Below, one piece after another: positions 1-11,064 of a stretch of 64,000 nt of DNA. This stretch comes from an uncultured Candidatus Saccharibacteria bacterium (GTDB lineage Bacteria > Patescibacteriota > Saccharimonadia > Saccharimonadales > Saccharimonadaceae): positions 241,877 to 305,876 of the forward strand of contig CAKAFW010000001.1 of assembly GCA_916438855.1 (NCBI GenBank), written 5' to 3'. Position numbers and translations under genes: made by a program. Each line of letters opens with the position of its first letter. The first letter of the stretch is position 1. A model generated the notes under the pieces. That model searched no databases. It was not told the origin of the DNA and worked only from the letters and a program-made list of their open reading frames with translations.

Positions 1-180
1 ATCAGCGTGGCTGGCTTCTGTCACAATGTAAATTTGATCACCCAGCTCACGGGCACGATCGTAGGCCTGCTGCACCATGGTGCGCTCGCTCGTTAGGGCT
101 AAAAGTTGCTTTGGTTGCGTTGAGGTTGAAAGTGGCCACAGGCGCGTACCTGAGCCACCAGCGATAATTACTGTAATCAT
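1..180 (-). CDS. manC: Mannose-1-phosphate guanylyltransferase, N-terminal part (runs off window)
   Basis: Manual translation from ATG at 180: MITVIIAGGSGTRLWPLSTSTQPKQLLAL, the nucleotidyltransferase GGxGxRLWPLS-PKQ motif. Confidence 0.85.
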   Translation of the reverse strand, partial: MITVIIAGGSGTRLWPLSTSTQPKQLLALTSERTMVQQAYDRARELGDQIYIVTEASHAD

Positions 181-249
181 AATACTGTTATTATACCATA
201 CAAGCTGCTATACTATAAGGAGTTACAAACATATGGAGAACCAACACAC

Positions 250-1281
250 GTGAGCTTTTTTGACACCGTTATTGTACAACCGATTTTTAACTTGCTCATG
301 GCGCTTTACAGCATTATTCCAGGCGGCGATTTTGGCTTAGCCGTTATTATCTTTACCATTCTGGTACGCCTGGCAATGTGGCCGCTGGTGGTTAAGCAAA
401 TGCACCAGGTCAAAGCCATGCGCGCCATGCAGCCAGAGCTGAAGAAGATTAAACAGCGCGCCAAAGGCAACCGCCAAATGGAAGGCATGATGACGCTAGA
501 GCTCTACCGCAAGCACAATATTAGCCCCTTCCGCTCGCTGTTTATTGTACTGATTCAGCTGCCAATCTTCTTTGGCCTGTACCGGGTGATTCAAATCTTT
601 AGCCAGCAGCCAGACCAACTGGGCCACTACACCTACGGCTTTGTTAAATCAATTAACACCGTGGCTCACCTAATTGCCGACCCGTCTATCTTTAACCAAA
701 ACCTGCTGGGTCTAGTGGATCTTACCAAGCAAGCTATTAGCAGTAGCGGCATTAACCTCCCCTTGTTTATTCTGGTGATTCTAGCTGCCTACTTGCAGTA
801 CGTTTCGAGCAAGCAAACCATGCCGCAGGCCGGCACCAAGCGCTCGCTGCGCCAGGTTATGGCCGAAGCTGCCGATGGCAAGCAGGCCGACCAATCCGAA
901 ATCAATTCCATCGTTATGGGCAAAATGATGATCGTGATGCCGCTCTTTATTGCCCTGATTATGCTTAATCTCCCCGGGGTGATCGCCCTCTTCTCGGCCG
1001 TCTCTACCATTGTGGCGGTTGTGCAGCAACACGTTTTGCTGCGCCGCCAGGATACTGCTGCCGCTCGCTCTGGGGGTTCTTCATCTGTAACCACTCGCTC
1101 AGGTAAGGAGCGCGCCGAGCGTGCGACGCCAGCCCAGGTCGTTGCCGAGGCTCAACCGGCCGCTCGCCAAGCACCAAAGGCCAAAGCTCCCGCTACCAAA
1201 GCCAAAAAGGCTCGCAAAAAGAAGCCCAGCAGCAGTAGCAAAACCGTCGTGCGTGTGGTTGCAACATCAACCAAAAATTAA
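250..1281 (+). CDS. yidC: YidC/Oxa1 membrane protein insertase
   Basis: FGLAVIIFTILVRLAMWPL...QPELKKIK...IQLPIF motifs, several TM helices, basic C-terminal tail, followed by jag. Confidence 0.93.
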   Translation: MSFFDTVIVQPIFNLLMALYSIIPGGDFGLAVIIFTILVRLAMWPLVVKQMHQVKAMRAMQPELKKIKQRAKGNRQMEGMMTLELYRKHNISPFRSLFIVLIQLPIFFGLYRVIQIFSQQPDQLGHYTYGFVKSINTVAHLIADPSIFNQNLLGLVDLTKQAISSSGINLPLFILVILAAYLQYVSSKQTMPQAGTKRSLRQVMAEAADGKQADQSEINSIVMGKMMIVMPLFIALIMLNLPGVIALFSAVSTIVAVVQQHVLLRRQDTAAARSGGSSSVTTRSGKERAERATPAQVVAEAQPAARQAPKAKAPATKAKKARKKKPSSSSKTVVRVVATSTKN

Positions 1282-1301
1282 AAAGGGGGGAAGAAACGTT
1301 A

Positions 1302-1760
1302 ATGGATAAGCAAGCATCGATTGATTTTGCCGTTAAGGCGGTAGAGGATATTATTTCGTTCTTCGAGGTAAAGCCGCAGGTGCAAGCCGTCGTCGAGGAT
1401 GATGTGATCAATATACAGGTTGGCTCCAGCCAGCTTAATAGCCTGCTAATTGGCCGCGGCGCCGAAACACTGCGCAGCCTGCAAACGCTGGTGGCAGCTA
1501 TGCTCCATAGCCATGATGCGGAACTGGTGCGCCTGAATATCGACATTGCCGACTATAAAAAGCAGCGGGCCGATAAGCTCGCCGCCGAAGCTGAAGGCTG
1601 GATTGCGGACGTCGTTGCACATGGCGAGCCCTACACTGCCCGGCTGAACGCCGCTGACCGGCGTATTGTGCACCGGGTGGCGCAAAACCACAGCGAAGTC
1701 ACAACTCATTCCGAAGGCGAAGGCAAAAACCGCGTTCTGATTATTAGTCGATCAAATTAA
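1302..1760 (+). CDS. jag: Jag/KhpB (EloR) RNA-binding protein, KH + R3H
   Basis: LIGRGAETLRSLQ (KH motif), RRIVH (R3H motif), SEGEGKNR; lies directly after yidC. Confidence 0.9.
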   Translation: MDKQASIDFAVKAVEDIISFFEVKPQVQAVVEDDVINIQVGSSQLNSLLIGRGAETLRSLQTLVAAMLHSHDAELVRLNIDIADYKKQRADKLAAEAEGWIADVVAHGEPYTARLNAADRRIVHRVAQNHSEVTTHSEGEGKNRVLIISRSN

Positions 1761-1784
1761 CATAACATAACAGCACTAATACCT

Positions 1785-1817
1785 AAAAGAGCCTACTACC
1801 GAATAGTAGGCTCTTTT
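1785..1817. terminator. Bidirectional intrinsic terminator
   Basis: aaaagagcctacta-ccgaa-tagtaggctctttt inverted repeat between convergent genes. Confidence 0.85.
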
Positions 1818-1878
1818 TGGTGTGCTGCTTGTACGTAGCCAATGGCCAGGCCTAATACGGCCCCAGCTAGGAACGTCT

Positions 1879-2995
1879 CTACGCCCGAGGACCCCCCTCG
1901 CCCTTTAGGGCAGCTTGGTAGCCAGCCAGCGTTTGCTCTGCCATACGCTGCCATGAATACAGCGCAGTCTGCTTATGCCCGGCCTCGATTAGCTGGCGGC
2001 GCAGGTCTGGGTCGGTAATCACATCGTTAATGGCGCGGGCCATATCAGCAACGCTATAGGGGTCAAAGTAGTGCACAGCCTGGCCATAGACCTCTGGCAA
2101 GCAGGTGGTGTTGCTACTGACTACAGGTGCACCGTAGAGCATTGCCTCGAGGCCTGGCAAGCCAAAACCTTCCATCAGGCTCGGGAAGACGTACGCCGCC
2201 GCATGCTCGTATAGCCAGTCGCGCTGCGCATCGGTTACAAAGCCGGTAAAGGTGATGTTTTTATAGCCACGCTTAGCAAATAGATCTTGGTTTTTTGCGG
2301 GCAGCTGCATTGAGATTCCCAACCAGCAGCAAGCCAAGGTCTGGGTGGCGGGCCAGAAGCTTTTGGTGAGCCTGGGCTAGCCGGGGCAGGTTTTTGTAGT
2401 CACTCTGTTGGCCCACATACAGCAAATAGCGCGTATACTGGCGATGGTAGGGTTCGGTTGTGCTAGCATGGAGTTTGTCGGCTGCTTCGTAGGTTAGGAT
2501 AGTCTTGCCAACCGCGGCTTTGCTATAGGTTTCCAGATCCTGCTGAGTATAGCGGCTGGGCACAAAAAAATACGCGCATTAGTGTGGCAAATAATTTTAA
2601 ACACCGCCCGGCCCACTAGCTGCTTGGCGTGGTATACCAGCCAGTTTTTATCGGAATTATAGGTTTTTAAAAGGCTCAGGTCGTGCACCGTGGTGACATG
2701 CTTACCACGGTAGAGCACCGGCTGCTGGGGCATGCAAAAATGGACGAGATCCGGGCCTAACTGATTAAGAAAAGCGCAGAAACTTCGTCTGCTCGGCAAA
2801 GGAATAGTTGCCGTAATCTGCCACCTGCACCGTAAAATTCGGCTGCGTGGGTGTGTAGTAGTGCTCATCTTTCGCCGGCACCAAAATCGTATAGCGGTTT
2901 TGGGTGTCGATTTTCTCTAGGTAGTGCAGCAAACGCTCCACATACCGGCCGGTGGATGAATTAATAATTCGTGCATCTATGGCAATATGGCTCAC
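1879..2995 (-). CDS. Glycosyltransferase family 4 (split by frameshifts)
   Basis: Fragments MSHIAIDARIINSSTGRY, HVTTVHDL, YKNLPRL and FPSLMEGFGLPGLEAM (E-x7-E motif) join into one GT4. Confidence 0.85.
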
Positions 2996-3487
2996 TGCGT
3001 CGTCTCCCTCTCTTGGTGTGCGTTGCTGTGGTACTTGGCTTACCTGCTGCGGAGTAGTTTTAACGGGCTGAGCCTGCGGGAAAACCACCTTGGCATAGAG
3101 CACATAGTTCCAGCTGAGCGACCCGATCGTGGCCACAAGCTTAGCAAGCAGCGGGCCCCACCAGGTGCCTGCCACCCACGCCGGCGCCACAGCCAGCACC
3201 ACGGTGATAATGACAGGCTGAATCACCCACAACCCACATAGCGTAACAGCAATAAACAGCGCCATTTGCCGGCCAATATGCGTGCTGCGCGCGGCACTAA
3301 AAGTGTAGGTTTTATTAGCAAAAAAGCTAAAGATAAAACTAACACTTGTAGAAATAAAATTAGCCACCAGGCGGTCAAGCCCCAGCTGAGTTAAGCCAAA
3401 GAATAAGCCAAAATCAAGCCCGGTATTGACCACACCCACGGCCGCAAAGCGCAGCGCCTGGCTATTTTTTGCTAAAATCTGCCGCAT
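2992..3487 (-). CDS. gtrA: GtrA-family small flippase
   Basis: RFAAVGVVNTGLDF...ANKTYTF...WNYVLYAKVVF, about four TM segments. The ORF-track fusion to the downstream GT4 is probably an indel artefact. Confidence 0.85.
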
Positions 3488-4409
3488 GGTATTCCTCTAT
3501 AAAGTAATTAGGGCGCTGCTTGGTTTCGGTAAAAATACGGGCGATGTACTCACCAATAACCCCAAGGCTCAGCAGTTGCACACCGCCGAGGAACAATACC
3601 ACCGCCATAAGCGACGCGTAACCATCACCAGTTGGCACACCAAAGAAAGGCCGCACCAGCAGGTATAGAATATAGCCAAACGCTGCCAGTGATACTACTG
3701 CCCCCAGCACGGATGAAAACCGCAAGGGTGCTGTGGTAAAGGAAGTAATGCCATCAATCGCCAAATTAACCAGGTTGCGGTAGTTCCACTTGGTTTCGCC
3801 AGCTGCGCGTGGGTCACGGTCGTAAAGCAGCTCCTTTTTGCGGTAGCCTATCAGGCTAAAGAGTGCTTTGGTATTACGCTGGGATTCGCGCAGGCGCGTC
3901 AGGGCGTCGATGCAGCGGCGGTCCAGCAACCGGAAGTCGCCCGTGTCGCGCTGGATTGGCACCCGGGTAGATTTTTGCAGCACCTTGTAGTACCACTCGC
4001 TGGTCTTTTTCTTGAGCCAGGTTTCGCCCTGGCGGCTGCGGCGGCGGGCGTACACATCATCGTAGCCATCCTCCCAGAGGGCAATCATACGTGGAATCAA
4101 CTCTGGTGGGTCCTGTAGGTCAGCATCAATAATTACTAGGGCATCCCCGGTAGCATGGTCAAATCCAGCCAGCATGGCAGTCTCCTTACCAAAATTACGG
4201 GCTAGATTGACGTAGGCAACGCTGGCGTGTTTGGCGGCCTGCTGCTGAATCAGGCGCAGTGTTTTATCGCGGCTACCGTCGTTAACAAATAAAAACTCCA
4301 GCTGGTAGCGCGGCAAGGAATCTTGCAATTGGTAGAGACGTTCAAACAATTGAGGCAGCACTGCCTGCTCGTTATAGGCAGGAATTAGGATGGTCACACG
4401 GCGTTTCAT
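3462..4409 (-). CDS. GT2 undecaprenyl-phosphate glycosyltransferase (GtrB/CsbB-like)
   Basis: IPAYNE, VNDGSRD, RNFGKE, DADLQDPPE and GDFRLLDR motifs, plus two C-terminal TM helices. Confidence 0.92.
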   Translation of the reverse strand: MKRRVTILIPAYNEQAVLPQLFERLYQLQDSLPRYQLEFLFVNDGSRDKTLRLIQQQAAKHASVAYVNLARNFGKETAMLAGFDHATGDALVIIDADLQDPPELIPRMIALWEDGYDDVYARRRSRQGETWLKKKTSEWYYKVLQKSTRVPIQRDTGDFRLLDRRCIDALTRLRESQRNTKALFSLIGYRKKELLYDRDPRAAGETKWNYRNLVNLAIDGITSFTTAPLRFSSVLGAVVSLAAFGYILYLLVRPFFGVPTGDGYASLMAVVLFLGGVQLLSLGVIGEYIARIFTETKQRPNYFIEEYHAADFSKK

Positions 4410-4429
4410 GGCATTATTATACCACAATT

Positions 4430-5304
4430 TTACCGTATATTACCGGAGGTGATGATATCGGTAATAGCACTGACGGTTGTAATGCCGCGCTGGGCCAAGT
4501 ACTGCCGCTTAGCCTGGGCAGATTCTGCCTGTGAGCCCTAAAGATTGCACCGGCGTGGCCCATTTGCACCCCGGCAGGTGCGCTGGCCCCAGCAATATAG
4601 GCCGTGACTGGCTTGGTACCATGCGCCGCAATGTAGTCGGCGGCATCACACTCGGCTGTGCCGCCAATTTCGCCAATCATCACAATACTACGAACGCTTT
4701 CGTCCCCCATAAACTGCTTTAGGCAATCAACAAAGCTAGTACCGCTAATAGGGTCGCCGCCTATCCCCACAATCACACGCTGGCCTAGCCCCGCCCGGCT
4801 TAGCTCTGCCATAGCCTCGTAGGTTAGCGTACCACTGCGGCTCACTATAGCAACACTACCTGGGGTGGCAATCTGGCCAGGAATAATCCCCAGCAAGCTG
4901 CCGCCAGGTACCAACACACCGGGGCAGTTAGGGCCAATCAGCTGGCTTTTACTACCGGCTAGCTGCTGGCGCACGGCTAGCATATCGTGCACCGGGACGC
5001 CTTCGGTAATACACACAATCAGCGGGATTTCGGCCTCGATTGCCCTCGCACATAGCAGCAGCGGCGTGGGCTGGTGGCACAAAAGATCACACTAGCATCA
5101 GCCTGGCCATGGGCAGCTGTCAGATCACGAATCGTACTATACACCGGCAGGCCATGCACACTGTACCCCTGCTTACCAGGCGAGGTACCCGCCACCAGCG
5201 GTGTACCGTAGCGTAGCATGCGCTCGGTGTGAAAACGCCCATGCCTACCCGTTATACCCCTGTACAATCACGCGGGTGGGGTTATAGATAGCGAGGTTAT
5301 TCAT
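4430..5304 (-). CDS. sucD: Succinyl-CoA synthetase alpha subunit (frameshifted)
   Basis: GITGRHG, ITEGVPVHDM, IGPNCPG, SRSGTLTYE, GIGGDP, GEIGG and the catalytic MGHAGA motif. Confidence 0.9.
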
Positions 5305-6378
5305 GGTCACTCCTTTGGACTACCCGAGCCACAGCAGCAATTGTTGCCGGCAGGGTGTGGGTACAGCACTAAGCCCTCTGCGGCTAGCAGCTCGCGGGCC
5401 TGGGCTGCATTGGTACCCTCGAGCCGCACAAAGAGTGGCGGCAAACCAGCCATACGCTGCCGCGCCGTGATAATCGCCCGGGCAACCTCGTCGCTACGGG
5501 TAATACCGGCAAAAATATTAATAACAATCGCCTGCAGGGTGTGGGAATTCCATCAGGCGCTGGAATGCCGCAAGCACCTGCTGGCTGGTGGCCCCACCGC
5601 CGATATCCAAAAAATTAGCTGGCTGGAGCCCAGCAGCCTCGACTGCATCGACTGTCGCCATAGCCCGGCCGGCGCCATTTGCAATCGTTGCCACGCTACC
5701 GGCGTGGTTCAGTTCATAAAAATTATGGCCCGCCTGCACCGCGAGCCACTCGGGGTGGCGAAAGCGGGCTGCATCATCCACCACCAGTTTGCAATCAGCC
5801 GCGATAAGCTTACCGGTGGTAGTTAACACCAGCGGGTTGATTTCGAGTAGTGTTGCATCCTGCGCCTGCGCCGCCGCTAGTAGTTGCTGTAGCAGCGCTG
5901 CAAGCTCGGCCTGCCTGCCTGGTAGTTGGTAGGTGGCTGCTAGCTCATCCGCCAGGCTGGTTACTCTATCGCCATTAATAGCACGGCGCAAAAAACTCCC
6001 CTGAGCTAGCGCCTCTACCTCAACCCCACCCTGGGCATGAGCCAGCAGTTCAAGCCGCTGGTTAGCCCGGTCAACCAGAATACTGAGGTAGAATTCGCGC
6101 TCAATCAGCAGGCGCTCTTCAGCTAGAATCACCTGCGGCAATTGGCCTTTAATTGGCGTTGCCATAATGCGCTGGTATGCCGGCAGCAGCTGGTTAGTGT
6201 CATTTACCACTTGCACACCACCTGCCTTACCACGCCCACCAGCTAGCACCTGGGATTTGAGCACCGCCGGCAGCGCCACGTGGCGAGCTTCATCGGCCGC
6301 ATGCACCACCACCCCCTGGGGCGCAGCCACCCCACAGCGCGCCAGCACACGCTTGGCTTGGTATTCATACATATTCAC
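5297..6378 (-). CDS. sucC: Succinyl-CoA synthetase beta subunit (frameshifted)
   Basis: MYEYQAK, KSQVLAGGRGKAGGV, EINPL, NGAGxAMAT and PANFLDIGGGA motifs; overlaps the sucD start. Confidence 0.9.
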
Positions 6379-6438
6379 TCTTATTAGTATACGCTACTGG
6401 CTGGATTTGAGCTAATCAGCGGGGCGTAGGCATATGCC

Positions 6439-8166
6439 TTAGCGCTGGGCACGAATATAATGCCATGGCCCGTAGGTATCTACCTGGTAGCGGGTGCGCA
6501 GCTGGCTCGCCAACGCTGCGTCACGCGTTACATACAGATTGGTGCGCACATCTGCCGTACCTTGGGTCAAGCGGGCACGTTCGCCAGCCACAAACTGGTC
6601 CCGCTCTGGACGTTTGTAATCATGGGCGTAGTAGCCTTCTGTGAGCGTCATATTACAGGCAATTGCACCCTGCGATACGTGTACAAAATCATCATGGCTG
6701 GTGTACTGCTCGAGTGCAACCAGGTGGCGGCGCTGGCAGTAGTGCTTGGTGATATCATTAGCCTCGCGGCTAGGCTTATAGTGGCTCAAAAACTGCTGGC
6801 TCATCTAGGTGGCGCTTATTACCCACCTGCTCGCTGGTGCGAATATCCACAAACTGCAGCAGTGTAAACGGCGCCAAGCATAGCATAGTTACGAGCCCAA
6901 CGCGTCGCGTGGTTTGGCTGGCAACCATACGAATACATACCGCCAGCACCCCTGTAATAATGAGGTAATAGATCGGCCAGAACATCCGCCCCGAGGAACG
7001 GAAAATCAGCCACAACTTCGTGATAGACTGCGGCAGCTGCCAAACCATAAACACATGGCTGCAAACTTAATGGTTGAGCCAAGTGCCACCACATACAGTC
7101 CTGCCAGCACCAAGCCAGCCAGGCCATGGCGCCAGGTCGTGAGCCGTTTCACGCCAGCCCGGCCACGCTGGTTCAGCCACAGCAGCGCAGTAACAAACAC
7201 AACCGGCAGCAGGGCAAGTACCCCTAGGCCAAGGTAGTTGGTTTTTTCGCCACTTTCGGGGGTGTAGCGGGTGTCCTCAAACAGCTGGCGGCCCATAATG
7301 CGCGAGTAGCCCTTGGGGTCCACTGGTGAAGCCAGGTTCATGCCGTATAGGTCTAGGTCGATTGGGTCAAGATTATGCTTGGTTGGCGTCAGTCCACCAA
7401 TTGCGCCAAATAGCAGTATTGCCACCACTGGCGGCACCAGGTAGCGCAGGCTCCGGAGCGGGTTCTCTGTACGGTAAGCATAGATACTTGCAATGACATA
7501 AAGCGCCAGCACCATTGGGAAGAAATACGGGTGAATCAGCACTGCGAGCGACGACAGCCCCGTCCAGGCAGCAATAAAACGCCAGTACCGCACCGTGCCC
7601 GCCTGCTTGGTACGAATCAAAAGGTAAATCCCCAGCAGAATAATCCACTGCGCGGTGAGTGCGGTGTGTGAAAACGAGCGATCAATCAGCATTGGCGCCA
7701 GAATAAAGAAGCTAGTGCCAAGCAGGATTACCCCAATATGCCGGCTCAAGCGGCGCATAATCAGTGCCGCTACACCACCCTGCAGTACAAACGAAAGAAA
7801 CGTAAACGCCCCAAGGTACTGGAACTGGCCAGGCAGGAACCCGGCAAACGGCTTGAGCAGCAGCGCGAACAGCGGGATAGCATCCATAAACACCAGCGGC
7901 ACACCCTGGGGGTACGCCAGGCCATCAATCATACCGAGCGGGAATGACCACGCCGCCGAGCGGAAGAAATGCCAGCCCATATAGTGCTGGTGTACATCGC
8001 CGCCGCGGCTAAAAATCCAGGTTACGTTGGTTGGGTCAATAATACTAGGGCTAAAGAGCGATAGAAAGTACGCCCCGCCAAGCAATGCGCCAAGCAGGAA
8101 AATACTAAACGGCGAGCACAGGCACTGACGCGCAGTGTGCCACCATGAACGGTGCTGTTGTTTCAT
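6439..8166 (-). CDS. Polytopic membrane protein, GT-C-like glycosyltransferase (DUF6311-like; frameshifted)
   Basis: DxxQHYxGWxFFR...WxFPLG...DAIPL N-terminal loop, many TM helices, later FRSSGRMFWP fragment; lies near gtrA/gtrB. Confidence 0.65.
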
Positions 8167-8331
8167 AATGTAGCGTATTATACCATTATTTATGCTATTA
8201 AGCCAATTATCTGGGGTAAGTATGGTAAAAAAGACACAAAACTGATATTTAACTTAAAAATACCTGTAATATTTATAAGCTTTATTATATACTGTACATA
8301 CAAATACTAACCATAAACAAACACCATAACT

Positions 8332-8880
8332 ATGAACATACCACACCACCTTTCCCGCCGCCTTGTATGGGGGGCGGCCGCACTCGGCCTGGTCGTCGCA
8401 GCGGGCGCCGGTGCTTACCTATTGTGGCCACGCAGTCCACAACCAACCCCTACCAACCAACCACCCCACGCCGCTACGCCGGCCCAAAAAGCCAGCGAGC
8501 AGCAACACAACGCCACCAGCAAGCAGCAGTTTAACGATAGCGCTGCGCAACGGGCGACAGCGGGCCAATCTACAACTGAACAGCCTAAGCCTGCCCCAAC
8601 CAGCCAGCAGATTGAGCTGCGGGCCGAAACTGCCGGGCAGGCGGTAACAGTCTACACTAAGCTAGCCCACGCCAGTAGCGGCACCTGTAACCTGCGGGTT
8701 CGTAACAGCGGGCGCGAGCAGCAGCAGACTGCCGCCATTATCTACCAGCCAGAATTTTCTTCATGCGCTGGCTTTAGTGTGCCAATTGCACCCCTCGGCC
8801 AGGGGCAATGGCAAATTGAGCTAACCGTCACAACCGATGGAGCCATGCTGACAAAAACCATAACTCATAAGGTGGCGTAA
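8332..8880 (+). CDS. Membrane-anchored hypothetical protein
   Basis: N-terminal TM helix, Pro/Gln linker, and a beta-rich C-terminal domain with two Cys. Confidence 0.7.
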   Translation: MNIPHHLSRRLVWGAAALGLVVAAGAGAYLLWPRSPQPTPTNQPPHAATPAQKASEQQHNATSKQQFNDSAAQRATAGQSTTEQPKPAPTSQQIELRAETAGQAVTVYTKLAHASSGTCNLRVRNSGREQQQTAAIIYQPEFSSCAGFSVPIAPLGQGQWQIELTVTTDGAMLTKTITHKVA

Positions 8881-8882
8881 CC

Positions 8883-10947
8883 ATGGCAAGTCTACCCCGC
8901 TCCCCCGCACCACTGCCAGCACCTGGCTGCTGCTACTTGCCCTGGGGCTATGGTTTATGCTTGGCTGGCAGCCACAGCCCAGTCACGCCGCCCGGGCCGA
9001 AGATTGGCAGGCCGGCAACATTATGAGCGACGCGGCGTTTACCCACGCTGGTAGTATGAGCGTGGATGATATTCAGCGCTTTTTGGACCAAAAAAATCGG
9101 CCATTGTGATGTATGGGGCGCTGGCATTGCCCGTGAGTTTGGCTCGCACAAAACCAGGGCAGAGTACGCCCGTGCCCGCGGCTGGGCTGGGCCACCCTAC
9201 ACCTGCCTAAACCGCTACCATGAAGTCCCCAAAACCAGCCCCACCGGTGGCGAGCCAGCTAATAACTACGCTCACCCAGATGCTATCCCCCATGGGGCTA
9301 AAAGCGCCGCCTGGATTATAAAGGATGCCGCCGAGCGCTACGGTATTAGTCCCAAAGTGTTGCTGGTTAAAATCGCTACCGAATCATCCGGCCCACTTAC
9401 CAGTGATAGTTGGCCGCTATTCAACCAGTACCGCTACGCTATGGGGTCACACTGCCCGGATAGCGGCCCAGGCGGTAGCGCCAATTGTGATACCCGCTAC
9501 GCTGGTTTTTCTATCCAGATGTACTCCGCCGCCGAGCTAATGCGTTGGTATATCGATAATATGGATAAGCCCTGGTGGAGCTACAAAAAGCCGCAGCAAA
9601 CCAACCATATCCTATGGAACGTGGTGCAGCGTGGTTGTGGTGGCAGCGATGTCTACATTCACACCAAAGCCACGGCAGCGCTCTATACCTACACACCGTA
9701 CCAGCCTAACCAAGCAGCCCTACGGAATATGTACGGCACTGGTGATAACTGCAGCGCTTATGGCAATCGCAATTTTTGGCGCGTGTACTGGGACTGGTTT
9801 GGCGATAGCCGCTCGCTTGGGTTTATGCCGCTGGCCCAACCCCGCCTGATGCAAATTACCACCGCTACCTATAAACGCCAGGCCTTTACTGGCCACAAAC
9901 ACACTGGCGATGGCTTGCTGCAGCCTGGCCGCGTGCTCAAAATCACCAGCAAAATCCCTACAAGCGATGGCTGGTGCCTGCGTACCGCCAGCGATACCCA
10001 GGGTAATATTCCCAACTGTATACCAGCAGCCAATATCGGCGAAATTGCCATTACCCCTACCCCGCTCACCACACAGCCCGTACGCACGCTAACGCGCAAC
10101 CTTGCCAAAACCAACCTACGCACAGGCGACCCAGCCGGCGATACAATTGGCGCTGGGCGCATCATTACCTTTAGCCACCAAGTGCGGGTTAATGGTACCG
10201 ATTACCTTATCAGCCAGGTTGATAGCCAGGCCGGGCGCGAGCTTGGTATACCGGTACATACGCTGGCCGCAACACCGGAGTACCAGGCAATCACTCCCCG
10301 CACTATGGCAGTTACCCATATAGTCAAAAAAACAGCAAGGTGCTACTAATACCCCTGTTGGCCAGGAGCTACCCGTGCAGCTAACCCGCACCTTTGTAGC
10401 GCGGTTTAAGCTTGGTAACACGTGGTACTACCAGACCGAAGCCGACCACAACCTCAAGCTTGATTTTGGTATTGCCGAGCAGTACCTTAAGCCGCAGTTT
10501 AGCGACTTTAGCCAGCCGCGCTGGATGAGCATGAGTCGTGATTCCCACGCAGTCAACCCGTTCCTTAACCATAGCCTAACTGATACTCTCAAAGCCGGTG
10601 AGCAGCGCTACTTTACCAGTAAAATCGTTATTGGCGATACAACCTTCTACCGCACAAAAGAAGATAGCGATGCCGGGCGCAGTATTGCCTGGCCGGCCAA
10701 GGATATTGCTGATATTAGCTACCAGCCGTTTGCCCAGCCTCGGCACCTGCGCCTGCGTGCGCCTGCCCATAAAGTAGATACCCGCAGCTTTACCCCGGTT
10801 GGCCAGGAGCTACCAGCCGGGCTAACCCGCCGCTTTAGCTCTAAAGTGCTGATTAACGGCAGCTGGTACTACCGCACCGAGACGGACGAACACCAGTTTG
10901 GTTTGCCCCATGCGCTACCAGCCAATAGTCTAGAGGAAGTACGCTAA
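8883..10947 (+). CDS. Secreted cell-surface protein with five ~70-aa C-terminal repeats (frameshifted)
   Basis: Signal-like start, AGNIMSDAAF, SAAWII...ISPKVLL, TAALYTYTPYQPN, GDNCSAYGNRNFW, then repeats of the form QPR..F.SK....G..YYRT..D. Confidence 0.7.
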
Positions 10948-11011
10948 GCGCCGCCGCACCCTAGGGCGACTAGCCGCTACCAGGCTAGTACGCTAGGGCT
11001 TAGCTGATAGC

Positions 11012-11039
11012 AAAACCCCCGGTTTCACGACCGGGGGTT
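11012..11039. terminator. Intrinsic terminator between convergent genes
   Basis: aacccccggt-ttcacg-accgggggtt hairpin. Confidence 0.8.
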
Positions 11040-11064
11040 AGTGCTTATGTGCTATGTGTGTTCG

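Noticed and set aside
2765..3487. GtrA-GT4 fusion
   Set aside because: A GTGA-type stop/start overlap at about 2992-2995 indicates two coupled genes.
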